A stretch of DNA of 64,000 nt from Dehalococcoidia bacterium (lineage in GTDB: Bacteria > Chloroflexota > Dehalococcoidia > SZUA-161 > SpSt-899), in assembly GCA_046484125.1 (NCBI GenBank), contig JAWOBX010000043.1:3047-67046 (forward strand). The letters are read 5' to 3'. The notes under the pieces were generated by a model. The model worked only from the letters and a program-made list of their open reading frames with translations. It was not told the origin of the DNA and did not search any database. A program made the translations under genes and the position numbers. The number at the start of each line of letters is the position of its first letter. The stretch's first letter is position 1. Below, piece after piece: positions 1 to 9,645 of the stretch.

Positions 1-2073
1 TGTAGCTATCTCTCGCCGCCGCTCTAGAATGTTAACGGTTACAGTTGTGAAAACGATTGCCATGGCAAGACATGCACCGAAAAGCAGCATAATCCAGAGC
101 ATGGAAGTAGCGCTCCGCATCATTTCGTCGATACGGTCTCTGGTTTCTGAAACCAGTTCCACGGAGGCAGATGACTCAAGCGCGTAGGCTTTATCCCTTA
201 TCGATTCGCTGTATCCGGGTGATGATTTGACATACATACCACTGACGATATCATCGCCTCCTGCCAGAGACTGTCCCTGTTTCAGGTCGACATAACCAAA
301 GCTGCCCATAGGCTCCTTTACAAAGCCGATTACTTCCATGTCAACGGTGCCCAGGATAGTCTGTACCTGGAGGTTGTCGCCCTTGCCTACATCCAGGACG
401 CCTTCCAGTGCCTCGCTGAGCAGGATGCCTTTAGCGCTGGTTGACACCCGGTCTCCGGAAGGTGAATACAATCTTCTCAAACTCGAATCACTGGGAAGGG
501 CTACAGCCATGGTGGAGTAATCATTACCGGCGTATTCAAGCCTTGCGGGAATCTTCAGGAAAGGTTCGACTTCCTCAACATCTTCCCAGCCGCTGACTTG
601 GTCAAGAAGTCGCGAGGACTGAGGTTCGGTTAAATCGATTTTGGCATCATAGTGAGTTACATCGTCGAACATGAAGTCGATCAAGGCGTAAACGGAATCG
701 ATCATGGCGGAGGAGATCAATATCAGCGAAACGCCGAATGTAACGCCGATAACAGTGTAAAGGCTCCGGCGCCGGTTACGGAAGATATTTCTGAGCGGTA
801 TTTTCCACAGGGACGATAATCGCTTAAGGAATGGGAATATAGTTTCCAGAAGAAGTTTTCTACCGGCCACTGGTGGCTGTGGGCGCATAGCCTCAGCAGG
901 CCGGATTCTGGATGCGGACCACGCGGGTATGAATCCTGAGATCAAACAGGGTAGGAGTCCGAGCAGGAAACCCTCGCCCATGGCAAACCATCTGACCTGT
1001 GTGGTAGTAAATGGCAAATTGATCAGTTGGGCGTAGTAGCGGGTGAGTGCCTCGGAGAGGAAGTAACCGGCGATAACGCCCAGAACTGAACCGACCAGGC
1101 CAATGGCCAGAGCGAAACTGAGATAGTGTGTCATAACCCGCAGTCGTGAATAACCGAGGGCGCGCATGAGTCCTATTTGTGACCTCTGATTGTAGATGAT
1201 CCTGGTAAGCAGGATGTAAGTTGCCATTGCGCCCACTATTATGAACAGGATAGGGAAGATGTTCGAGAGTGTTGAGAACTGTTCCAGGTCCATTTGAAGA
1301 CCGGCGTTACTGGGCTGGTCTTCCTGGCGAATTAACTCCATTATCTGATAAGGTTCAAGAACAGTTTTAACCATAGAGATCACGTTTTCCAGGTCGGCTC
1401 CCTCGTTGACGAGAAAGCAGAATTCGTTGTCAGGCTCTCCAAATAGAGAATTAGCCAGTGTATCAGGAACAAAGACAACGCCCCAAATTTCCGGGGAGAT
1501 CATCACTTCCTGACGGCTCTTGGCGGGGAAGATGTATTCCGGGCTCTCAACTATTCCAGCGACTATGAATTCAGTCTTATTGCCCCTGATGTTCATCCAG
1601 ATATTCTGACCCGGACTCAGGTCATGGTGTTCGGCAAAGTTTCTTTCTAGCAAAAACGATTTACTGTTATTCTCTGAGAAGTAACTACCTTCATCAACGT
1701 GAACGTTGTTGACCATGCCGGCTCGGGCATCGGCGGAACCGGGAAGAGAGATGACTGTGGCCAGGACCCTCTTCTCCTTTGAACCGGGCAGGGTAAGCGC
1801 GAACTCGGCTTTCATTCTGGAGGTAACCTCATTCACTCCAGAGATGGATTCAAGTTTATCCTCAACTTCTGATGCGTCTTGAGATACCTTTACCGTGAAG
1901 TCGGCGAAGTTCAGTCTTTCGTAGGAATAGTTATAAGAACTATCCAGGTTCTTATAAGCCATATACATGGATCCGAAGAATGCCACCGCCAGCAGAACGA
2001 TAACGGTAACTGAGATAAAAAGCCCTTTAGATGAAAGCAGGTCGCGGATCAACTTGCGGTGCATGTTTCTCAT
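1..2073 (-). CDS. ABC transporter permease, FtsX/MacB-like with two FtsX domains; 3' end runs off the window (partial)
   Basis: The minus-strand frame has no in-frame stop from 2073 down to position 1. The ATG at 2071-2073 sits immediately after the ATPase stop. The translation contains two FtsX signatures (…RALGYSRLR… and …NILERRREIAT…) and hydrophobic spans. Confidence 0.7.
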   Translation of the reverse strand, partial: MRNMHRKLIRDLLSSKGLFISVTVIVLLAVAFFGSMYMAYKNLDSSYNYSYERLNFADFTVKVSQDASEVEDKLESISGVNEVTSRMKAEFALTLPGSKEKRVLATVISLPGSADARAGMVNNVHVDEGSYFSENNSKSFLLERNFAEHHDLSPGQNIWMNIRGNKTEFIVAGIVESPEYIFPAKSRQEVMISPEIWGVVFVPDTLANSLFGEPDNEFCFLVNEGADLENVISMVKTVLEPYQIMELIRQEDQPSNAGLQMDLEQFSTLSNIFPILFIIVGAMATYILLTRIIYNQRSQIGLMRALGYSRLRVMTHYLSFALAIGLVGSVLGVIAGYFLSEALTRYYAQLINLPFTTTQVRWFAMGEGFLLGLLPCLISGFIPAWSASRIRPAEAMRPQPPVAGRKLLLETIFPFLKRLSSLWKIPLRNIFRNRRRSLYTVIGVTFGVSLILISSAMIDSVYALIDFMFDDVTHYDAKIDLTEPQSSRLLDQVSGWEDVEEVEPFLKIPARLEYAGNDYSTMAVALPSDSSLRRLYSPSGDRVSTSAKGILLSEALEGVLDVGKGDNLQVQTILGTVDMEVIGFVKEPMGSFGYVDLKQGQSLAGGDDIVSGMYVKSSPGYSESIRDKAYALESSASVELVSETRDRIDEMMRSATSMLWIMLLFGACLAMAIVFTTVTVNILERRREIAT

Positions 2074-2076
2074 TGA

Positions 2077-2790
2077 CTACCACCTGAGTTCCTGCGGGTC
2101 GATTGGCGTCTCGTTAGTCCTTATCTCGGTTATTTGGGCACTTCTCATGCGAACAACATAGTCGGCTATATCACCAATCGCGGTATTGTGAGTTACGATT
2201 AGAACTGTTTTACCTCTCTCCCTGTTTATCCTTTTCATGGCTGAAAGAATGTTCTTGCCTGTATCGAAATCAAGGTCCCCGGTTGGCTCATCGGCCAGTA
2301 TAATCGGCGGGTCCTTCACCAGAGCCCTGGCAATGGCTACCCTTTGCTGTTCTCCACCGGATAACTCGCTGGGGTAATGCTCCCCCCGCGCCTCAAGCCC
2401 AACCTCGGCCAGAATCTCTGTTATGCCCCGAGGATTTTCAACCAGTTCTGCGGCGAATTCAACGTTCTCTCTCGCGGTAAGGGATGGAATTAGATTGAAA
2501 AACTGGAATATGAATCCAATATGGTTCCGCCGGTACCTGGTCAAGCCTTTTTCATCCAGTGATGTTATTTCAATTCCGTCCGATTTAATTTTGCCCGACG
2601 TGGGTTTATCAATACCGCCTATTAGATTAAGCAGCGTGGTTTTGCCCGAGCCGCTGGGGCCCAGTATCACCAGGAACTCGCCCCTGCGGACCTGAAGTGA
2701 TATATCGGATAAGGCTTCCACTTGAACCTCGCCCATCTGATAGACCCTTGAGACATTCTCAAGATTAATTAACAGGTTGTTCTCAGCCAT
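2077..2790 (-). CDS. ABC transporter ATP-binding protein (MacB/LolD-type)
   Basis: Walker A GPSGSGKTT, ABC signature LSGGEQQRVAIARAL and Walker B ILADEPTGDLD are present. The start was moved to MAENN (GGGGGAAG RBS), which avoids overlap with the upstream TetR gene. Confidence 0.85.
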   Translation of the reverse strand: MAENNLLINLENVSRVYQMGEVQVEALSDISLQVRRGEFLVILGPSGSGKTTLLNLIGGIDKPTSGKIKSDGIEITSLDEKGLTRYRRNHIGFIFQFFNLIPSLTARENVEFAAELVENPRGITEILAEVGLEARGEHYPSELSGGEQQRVAIARALVKDPPIILADEPTGDLDFDTGKNILSAMKRINRERGKTVLIVTHNTAIGDIADYVVRMRSAQITEIRTNETPIDPQELRW

Positions 2791-3373
2791 TATCTTCCCC
2801 CGCTGTGCAAAAGAATTTCTCTTCAAGGATTGAGATGGTTGATTCCTTGTCAAGCATGCCGGGCATCATTACGGCTATGCCCATTAAGGCGTCGAGCGCA
2901 AGGACACAAAATCTGGCTACCTGTTCCGGCCTGCTCTCACCAATCTGGGCGAAAAGCGGTGTAACACGTTCGATAAACGGATTTATCCATTCTCTATATC
3001 CTGATGTGAACATCTCTTCAAGTTCCGGCTGAGCCGCGAGTTGCCACCCGAAACGGATAACTTCCGGGTTAGCCTCAGCTGTTTCGACGCAATTCCATGC
3101 CAGCGCTCGAAGTTTTTCTTGAGGGGGCATTTCTTTATCAAGTATTTGCAGAAGCGGCTCAAACAGAGGGATGGTCAGGTGTTCGAACATCTGTCGGAAT
3201 ATCTCCTCTTTCGATCTGAAGTGCCAGTATAAATTTCCCTTGCTCACGCCAGCACTTCTGGCGATTTCATCTACACTCACACCATGATATCCGCTTTGAG
3301 AAAACAGTTCTGCCGCCGCCTCAATAATCTGATTTTTTCTCTGGACGGATTTCTGCTTGCGATTTGTCTTCAC
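2783..3373 (-). CDS. TetR/AcrR family transcriptional regulator
   Basis: An N-terminal HTH (…FSQSGYHGVSVDEIARSAGVSKGNLYWHF…) is typical of TetR. The gene lies directly upstream of the ABC ATPase and permease. Confidence 0.8.
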   Translation of the reverse strand: MKTNRKQKSVQRKNQIIEAAAELFSQSGYHGVSVDEIARSAGVSKGNLYWHFRSKEEIFRQMFEHLTIPLFEPLLQILDKEMPPQEKLRALAWNCVETAEANPEVIRFGWQLAAQPELEEMFTSGYREWINPFIERVTPLFAQIGESRPEQVARFCVLALDALMGIAVMMPGMLDKESTISILEEKFFCTAGEDNG

Positions 3374-3597
3374 TGCTTTTCACCTGTTAGTTGTGGAGCC
3401 TCAACCAATTTTACCGTGACTGCGATACATTACGATGGTAAAGGCAAAATTACGCTCACAGATAATGTAATATACCGACCGGTCGGTTTGTTGCGATTGT
3501 AAGCGCATATCTGAATAAAGTCAAGAGCATGGCTGGTATATAGTGACGCGGATTGTAACGGAGGTGTCCTGGTACCCTGTAATTTGCCGAGTGCAAT

Positions 3598-4359
3598 TCA
3601 CTCTTCCAAATTACATGGATCCCACTCTATCACCCGGCTTTTCAATGCCTCGGAAATGGCCTGTTTCAAATTGGATTGCTTAAGCTGTCTTATATTAAGC
3701 ACATTTTCGACCGTAATGGAGTCGAACCGCTCCAGAAAACGGCATTGCCTGCGAAATGAGAGAACAGTGGTTTTCTCACCACCATAGAAGAGGTATCGAA
3801 GCTCCCTGGAATAGGGTTGTAACTGGTTTATCGAATGATTGCAGACCCTGGAGAAGAATGTTTCCATCTGTTTTTCACGATGGCGCTTGAATCGACCCTC
3901 CGAAGATCCGCCTTTCTTGTGGCGTGAGTGTACCAGACCCGTGCCGACCTTGCTGGATACCATCTGTTCGCCATAGAATACGCCTATAGCGTAACTGCCC
4001 AGATGCAACAGTACAAGCGCTGTTGTATGATCCCGTTGAAGAAGCGAACGAATAGGTTCCGTCCAGGAGTGTTTTGAAAGAACCTGTTTTTCCAGAGGAA
4101 GCGGCGGCAGAATGAGAACCATATCACCACTCTCTCTCAAGAAGAGTGCTGCTCCGGTTTTGGAGCCATGAATAATATCGCCAGGTTCGGATGTGTTCTC
4201 CGGTGCGCCCTGCAGGTTTTGGAGAATTTCACGTATTGTGGCAATCGGCATTCCCGCTGGAAGGTAGAGCGAAAGCTCGATATTACCTGAGCTCTCTAGT
4301 TCGCTCAGAAGTTCAAGCACGCGGTTACGGGTCATTAGCTTGCTGGAATTAACCGACAT
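3598..4359 (-). CDS. eRF1 domain-2-like protein (eRF1/Pelota/Vms1-VLRF1 superfamily) with GGS in place of GGQ
   Basis: The segment LVHSRHKKGGSSEGRFKRHREKQMETFFSRV parallels the eRF1 GGQ loop ([28 protein letters not shown]). The gene is 82 bp downstream of mutS2 on the same strand. The family call is by eye only. Confidence 0.45.
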   Translation of the reverse strand: MSVNSSKLMTRNRVLELLSELESSGNIELSLYLPAGMPIATIREILQNLQGAPENTSEPGDIIHGSKTGAALFLRESGDMVLILPPLPLEKQVLSKHSWTEPIRSLLQRDHTTALVLLHLGSYAIGVFYGEQMVSSKVGTGLVHSRHKKGGSSEGRFKRHREKQMETFFSRVCNHSINQLQPYSRELRYLFYGGEKTTVLSFRRQCRFLERFDSITVENVLNIRQLKQSNLKQAISEALKSRVIEWDPCNLEE

Positions 4360-4440
4360 GATCTTTTAAAAATCTTAATTCATTTGTTGTATTTGCACTT
4401 CTTTTGGTGACTGAGTGAGAAAACGGGCTATCCAGAAAAT

Positions 4441-6819
4441 TCAGAGCATTGCTATGGTAACCCCATCCCCTCCCTCCTCCTGCTTCCCGCTCCTGAACGA
4501 ACGCACCAGAGGATGGGAAGCAAGCATATCTCTAACGACCTGCCTTGCCGTACCGGTACCGTATCCGTGAATTATACGCACCTGTTTGAAACCGGCGATT
4601 GAAACGTCGTTTAAATATGTGTCAAGTTCGGGCTCTATCTCATCAGCCCGTTTTCCGCGGAGGTCAAGCTCAAGAGACCGTGGCGTACTTTTCTCAGACT
4701 TCTTAACCGTGTATGACCGTTTAACCGGTGTTTCTGCTTCCTCTTCAATCCTTTCGACTTCATTCTCGTCCACCTTTATCATGGTACGACCGGCCTGGAC
4801 CTCAATCTGTCCCGTTTTGTCCGGCGGTGAGGTAACCGTGCCCCGTATGGTGGTATCAAGCACTCTGACCGAGTCACCAACGGATATTGACTGAGAATCG
4901 GGAGTTTTTTCAACCTCGCCTGAACGAGACGGCTGAGTGAGCCATCTGGTGGAATCGAGCTGCTCATGCGCGGTTTCCAGGGTGGATTTTGCCTCAGATA
5001 TGCTGTCTCTTGATTTCTCTTTCTTCAACATGGATGCAGCCTGCTGGATTTCCCTGCGCAATTGCGCTGCTTCTCTTATGATTCTCTCCTTTTCGTCCCT
5101 GAGCAGGATTTGTTGCTCTTCCTCCATATTTCGGATATCGAATTCTATGCGGTTTCTGAATTCTAACAACTGCTCTCTTTCTCGCTCCAGTTCCTCACGT
5201 ACCGAACGGATAGCTTCCTGCTCGCTTGCCATCCCGTCAAGCAATGATTCCATCTGAGAAGAACCGTGAGGCATCATCTCCCTTGCCTGGTCGATGATGG
5301 CAGCCGGCAGGCCCAGGTGCGAAGCAACCGCAAAGGCGTTGCTTCCCCCGGGAATACCCATAACCATGCGATAGGTTGGTGCCAGGGTAGCCGGATCGAA
5401 TTCCATCGAAGCGTTACTGAGCCCCGGTGTTGCGTGGGCGAACACTTTGAGTTCACTGTAGTGTGTGGTGGCTGCCACCAGCGCCCCCATAGAGAGAAAA
5501 TGCAGCATAATGGCCCGGGCCAGCGCCGACCCTTCAGCCGGATCGGTACTCGTTCCAAGTTCATCCAGCAATATAAGGCTCCGGTCAGTGGCGACCTGAA
5601 TTATGCGTATTATGTTTCCCATGTGCCAGCTGAAGCTGGAAACCGTTTCCTCTATGCTTTGTTCGTCGCCTATGTCGGCGTAGATACTGTCAAAAACAGG
5701 TAGTTTACTCCCCTCCGCCGCGGGGATGGGCACGCCCGATTGAGCCATGGCTACCATCAGTCCGATTGTTTTCAAAGATACTGTCTTGCCGCCGGTGTTG
5801 GGACCCGTGATTACCAGTCCGGAGAAATCGTCTCCAAGTTCCACAGTTAGGGGCACCGCCCTTTGACCCAGGAGAGGATGCCTGGCGCTTAGAAGCTGAA
5901 CGCCGCTTCGTTCCCTGCCTGTTCCCGTTCCGCCATTGACTATTTCAGGTTCAATGGCATTAACCGCCATGGCGTATCTTGCCTTTGCAAGGGCGAGATC
6001 CAGTTCCCCCATTGATGACAGGTTGTTTAAAATATCGGTGTGGTGCTCGGCAACCTGCTCGCTGAGGAACGTGAGCAGTCTCTGAATCTCGCGCTCCTCT
6101 TCAAGAGAAAGCTGGCGCAACTTGTTGCCCAGTTCGACGATGCTCATTGGCTCTATGAATACCGTCGCTCCGGTGTTGGATACATCGTGAATTATCCCCT
6201 TGATCTCCCTTTGATACTCGATCTTGAGAGGGATTACATATCTGCCAGACCTTTCGGTGATGAGTGATTCCTGTAAAAACGGCTGGATATCCTCTGATTT
6301 TATTAGATTTTCCAGGCGGTTAGTGAGGTTCCTCTTTGTATCTTTCAGCTCCCGGCGTATTCCCTCAAGCTCGGCGGTCGCGGTGTCAAGGATCTCCCCG
6401 GACGGATCGATACACTGGTCTATTATCTCTTCGAGATGGGGTAACGGCATAACGTTTTTAGCGATATCATAAAGCGCGGGGAAATCCAATGAAAGCTTTC
6501 TGAAACTGGAGTAAACACGGTTGGAAGCTGAAAGCACGGACCGTATTTCCAGCAGCGACATGGGCTCAAGTATTCTGGCGCGTGTGGACATATCCACTGT
6601 GTGGCGAACGTCGGTCAAATTGCTCAGTGTGAAGCCGGGCTCAACAGAAAGGAACCGGCGAGCCTCGGCCGACTGGGCCAATAGCAGAGATATATCTCCC
6701 GGGTTTGAAGAGGGAAACAGGGAATGAGCCAGTTCCTGGCCGAGGGGGAAGTCAGTGTAACTGGCAAGTATCTCCCTGATTCGGGGGAATTCAAGCATTT
6801 CCAGGCTTTTGATGTCCAT
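4441..6819 (-). CDS. mutS2: Endonuclease MutS2 (MutS paralogue with C-terminal Smr domain)
   Basis: It has a MutS ATPase core (Walker A GPNTGGKTV, DELGTSTDPAEG) and a C-terminal Smr domain (LDLRGKRADE…IIHGYGTG). The start was chosen at MDIKSLEMLEF (the ORF-track start at 6888 has no RBS). Confidence 0.85.
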   Translation of the reverse strand: MDIKSLEMLEFPRIREILASYTDFPLGQELAHSLFPSSNPGDISLLLAQSAEARRFLSVEPGFTLSNLTDVRHTVDMSTRARILEPMSLLEIRSVLSASNRVYSSFRKLSLDFPALYDIAKNVMPLPHLEEIIDQCIDPSGEILDTATAELEGIRRELKDTKRNLTNRLENLIKSEDIQPFLQESLITERSGRYVIPLKIEYQREIKGIIHDVSNTGATVFIEPMSIVELGNKLRQLSLEEEREIQRLLTFLSEQVAEHHTDILNNLSSMGELDLALAKARYAMAVNAIEPEIVNGGTGTGRERSGVQLLSARHPLLGQRAVPLTVELGDDFSGLVITGPNTGGKTVSLKTIGLMVAMAQSGVPIPAAEGSKLPVFDSIYADIGDEQSIEETVSSFSWHMGNIIRIIQVATDRSLILLDELGTSTDPAEGSALARAIMLHFLSMGALVAATTHYSELKVFAHATPGLSNASMEFDPATLAPTYRMVMGIPGGSNAFAVASHLGLPAAIIDQAREMMPHGSSQMESLLDGMASEQEAIRSVREELEREREQLLEFRNRIEFDIRNMEEEQQILLRDEKERIIREAAQLRREIQQAASMLKKEKSRDSISEAKSTLETAHEQLDSTRWLTQPSRSGEVEKTPDSQSISVGDSVRVLDTTIRGTVTSPPDKTGQIEVQAGRTMIKVDENEVERIEEEAETPVKRSYTVKKSEKSTPRSLELDLRGKRADEIEPELDTYLNDVSIAGFKQVRIIHGYGTGTARQVVRDMLASHPLVRSFRSGKQEEGGDGVTIAML

Positions 6820-6921
6820 TTGCTTTAACTGCTCTCCGTGTATAATTTTACGTATTTGTCGAATAGATTTCCACCCGGTGAATAACAACTGGTCTCAGCT
6901 TGAAAAAATGATATAATCTGG

Positions 6922-8286
6922 TTGATGCGATTCTCCAATTCTTCCAGTAACGACAGCGGGAACACCTCACCAGCCCCTTCCGGCTCCAGTTTTGTTCATC
7001 AGTGGATGGTTGTTGCCTGTTGTACTGTCCTCATCATGGTTTCAGTCGGTGTTTCTTACTCGTTCGGGTTCTTTTTCCTTTCACTGCAGAATGAGTTTGG
7101 CTGGGACAGGATGGATACTTCAGTGGTTTTTTCAGTATATATGGTCGTAGCAGGCCTGACTGGCGTGCTTGCGGTAGTGGCACTGAAGAGGTTTGGCGCA
7201 AGAACGGTCCTACTGATTATGGGAGCGACTGCAGGACTGAGCCTGTTCATCGCGTCCAAAATGGAATCGCAATGGCTGTTCTGCCTGGCTTACAGCGCAA
7301 TGCTGCCGCAGGGGATAGGAGGCATGTATCTGATCGCCATGATAACCGGAGCCCGGCGGTGGAAAGGAGGCGTGAATACCGCCTATCTGGTTATCGGAAC
7401 CGGAATTGGACTGGGCGGCATTGTCATGGCACCTGTCTGTGCCAGGCTGATCACCGCTTATGGATGGCGTGATGCGTACCTCATTCTAGGGATAATCACG
7501 GCGGCGGTTTTCCTGCTGATCGGGATGTATTTAAAGGATTCTGCCTTAACGTACCGCCGAAGTGAAACTCAAGCGCCGATTTCGGGTGGGACTGAAAACT
7601 ATTATGATGGCCGGAGCCGGGAATCGGGAAAAGGCGGTTCGGTCTCGCGCAATACCTGGCTGGTACCCATACTATGGCTTTCGTGTTCTTTCTCTCTGCA
7701 TATCGCGGTGGTACATATTATCCCCAGGATTTCCGATATGGGGTATTCTCTTGATGAGGCGGCCAGGGTCATCATCCTCATGGGGGTGGCTATGGTTTTA
7801 TCAAGGATATTCACCGCGAATATATCCGAATCGGTTGACCGGAAGTTTGTCGGGATCGCTTTCGCGCTGATAGGGTCGATAGCCATGTTCTGGCTGGTTG
7901 AAGTTAATGATATCTGGGGTGCCTGTTTATTCGCCGCCTTATGCGGTATGTCATGGGGTGGAATCGGCCCGGCTGTGATTAAATTTACCAGTGATCAATG
8001 GATAAGAGATGAAGACGGGGCCAGAGACAGAATGGCGTGGGCGGGGTGGATTGGCGGAGGCGCGCTTGGAGCTTTCTTCGGCGGCTGGGCCTTTGAGCTT
8101 GCTGACCACTATAAATTCGCCTTCTTTTGCGGTGCCGGGGCAATGATGCTCGCGACCGTATGCCTCTGGAATCTCAAGTTGACTGAAAACGAAGAGAAAC
8201 CGGATGCCGGAGTAATCCGATCAGGTTTTACAGGTGATAACAGCGTTCTAGACAGTGACGACAGAAGCGAGATTGCGGAAAAGTGA
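6922..8286 (+). CDS. MFS transporter
   Basis: The product is about 450 aa with around 12 predicted TM helices and a central loop, the usual MFS architecture. The N-terminal start is uncertain. Confidence 0.65.
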   Translation: MMRFSNSSSNDSGNTSPAPSGSSFVHQWMVVACCTVLIMVSVGVSYSFGFFFLSLQNEFGWDRMDTSVVFSVYMVVAGLTGVLAVVALKRFGARTVLLIMGATAGLSLFIASKMESQWLFCLAYSAMLPQGIGGMYLIAMITGARRWKGGVNTAYLVIGTGIGLGGIVMAPVCARLITAYGWRDAYLILGIITAAVFLLIGMYLKDSALTYRRSETQAPISGGTENYYDGRSRESGKGGSVSRNTWLVPILWLSCSFSLHIAVVHIIPRISDMGYSLDEAARVIILMGVAMVLSRIFTANISESVDRKFVGIAFALIGSIAMFWLVEVNDIWGACLFAALCGMSWGGIGPAVIKFTSDQWIRDEDGARDRMAWAGWIGGGALGAFFGGWAFELADHYKFAFFCGAGAMMLATVCLWNLKLTENEEKPDAGVIRSGFTGDNSVLDSDDRSEIAEK

Positions 8287-8317
8287 TACGTCATTCGGCC
8301 GGGAGGCTGTCTGAAAA

Positions 8318-8920
8318 TTGAACGAATTTTCCTTAAAAGATACGGGAGAAATGCTGATGGAGACAGGGTACACTCGTGAAAAAGCGCTTGATTTGCTTAA
8401 AGAGTACAATAGCAGTGAAAGTCTTCTCAAACACGCTTACGCTGTGGAGGCGGTGATGCGTTATATGGCTCGAAAATTCGGTGAGGATGAGGATAAGTGG
8501 GGGATAGTCGGTCTGCTCCACGACCTGGATTACGAGCGTTTTCCCGAAGAGCATTGTGACAAGACGCGGCAGATACTCGAGGATAAGGGGTGGCCGGAGG
8601 AGTACATCAGAGCTGTAGTATCACATGGTTGGGGGATGCATAATGATGTCGAGCCGAAAAGCCTGATGGAGAAAACGCTCTACGCTGTGGATGAACTGAC
8701 GGGGCTGGTTATAGCTGCGGCTCTGGTGAGGCCTTCCAGGAGTGTAATGGACCTTGAAGCGAAGTCGGTCATCAAGAAATGGAAGGATAAATCATTTGCC
8801 GCGGGAGTCAACCGCTCAGTGATTGAAACGGGAGTCGGGATGCTTGGTATGGATCTCAAAGAGGTGATAAACGATACTGTAATGGGAATGCGGGATGTGG
8901 CGGGCGTGATCGATTTATGA
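8318..8920 (+). CDS. HD-domain phosphohydrolase
   Basis: The H…HD motif (LKHAYAV…GLLHDLDYE) is present. Confidence 0.7.
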   Translation: MNEFSLKDTGEMLMETGYTREKALDLLKEYNSSESLLKHAYAVEAVMRYMARKFGEDEDKWGIVGLLHDLDYERFPEEHCDKTRQILEDKGWPEEYIRAVVSHGWGMHNDVEPKSLMEKTLYAVDELTGLVIAAALVRPSRSVMDLEAKSVIKKWKDKSFAAGVNRSVIETGVGMLGMDLKEVINDTVMGMRDVAGVIDL

Positions 8921-8929
8921 GGTTGGGAA

Positions 8930-9601
8930 TTGGCAAGAGCGCTGAAAGTAACCAGTGACATATACATGGTTGGGGATTCCAGCCTATCGCACCCCTACGA
9001 TTGCTCGGTTTATCTGGTTGATGCCGGCGAACTGGTGTTGATCGATTGTGGAGCGGGATTGAGCTATACCACTTTGATCGACAATATAAAAAGTACCGGG
9101 CGGGATATCCGAATGCTTAAAGCTATTCTGGTGACGCATGCCCACATTGACCACATAGGAGCCCTGAAAAGATTCAAGGATGAATTTGGAGTAGATATCA
9201 TAGCGCATCAGCTTGACGCGCAAGCCATCGAGACGGGAAGGGGTGTGGGAGCCGAAATGTACGGGGTTGATTATGAGCCGTGTCAGGTAAATACCAAAAT
9301 AGAGGGTGAAGAGCAAATCATCGCCGCCGGTGAGAAGGAAATAAGAGTATTGCATATTCCCGGACATACTCAGGGAAGTATTGCCGCGTACATTGATTCA
9401 CCTGAGGAAAGAATATTGTTCGGGCAGGATATTCACGGTCCGTACATTCCACAGTGGGGAGCCGATATCGAAAAGGCCCGCGAGTCACTCCAGAAGCTGA
9501 TAGACCTGAAAGCGGATACACTTTGCGAGGGACATTTCGGTATATACAGGCCGGCGAAATCGGTGGAAGAATATATTCGAGGGTATCTCAACAGCATATA
9601 G
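8930..9601 (+). CDS. MBL-fold metallo-hydrolase
   Basis: It carries the HxHxDH motif (THAHIDHIG) and downstream His/Asp ligands. Confidence 0.7.
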   Translation: MARALKVTSDIYMVGDSSLSHPYDCSVYLVDAGELVLIDCGAGLSYTTLIDNIKSTGRDIRMLKAILVTHAHIDHIGALKRFKDEFGVDIIAHQLDAQAIETGRGVGAEMYGVDYEPCQVNTKIEGEEQIIAAGEKEIRVLHIPGHTQGSIAAYIDSPEERILFGQDIHGPYIPQWGADIEKARESLQKLIDLKADTLCEGHFGIYRPAKSVEEYIRGYLNSI

Positions 9602-9645
9602 TCCGGTACCTCATGCAAATATCCAGAGCTTGTAATTCCCGCAAA

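Noticed and set aside
2423-2695. Several 60-120-aa ORFs antisense to the ABC ATPase, MutS2, AcsB and FeoB (for example 2423-2695, 5266-5703, 26261-26947, 39786-40217)
   Set aside because: All lie wholly inside strongly supported genes on the opposite strand and have no independent signals.
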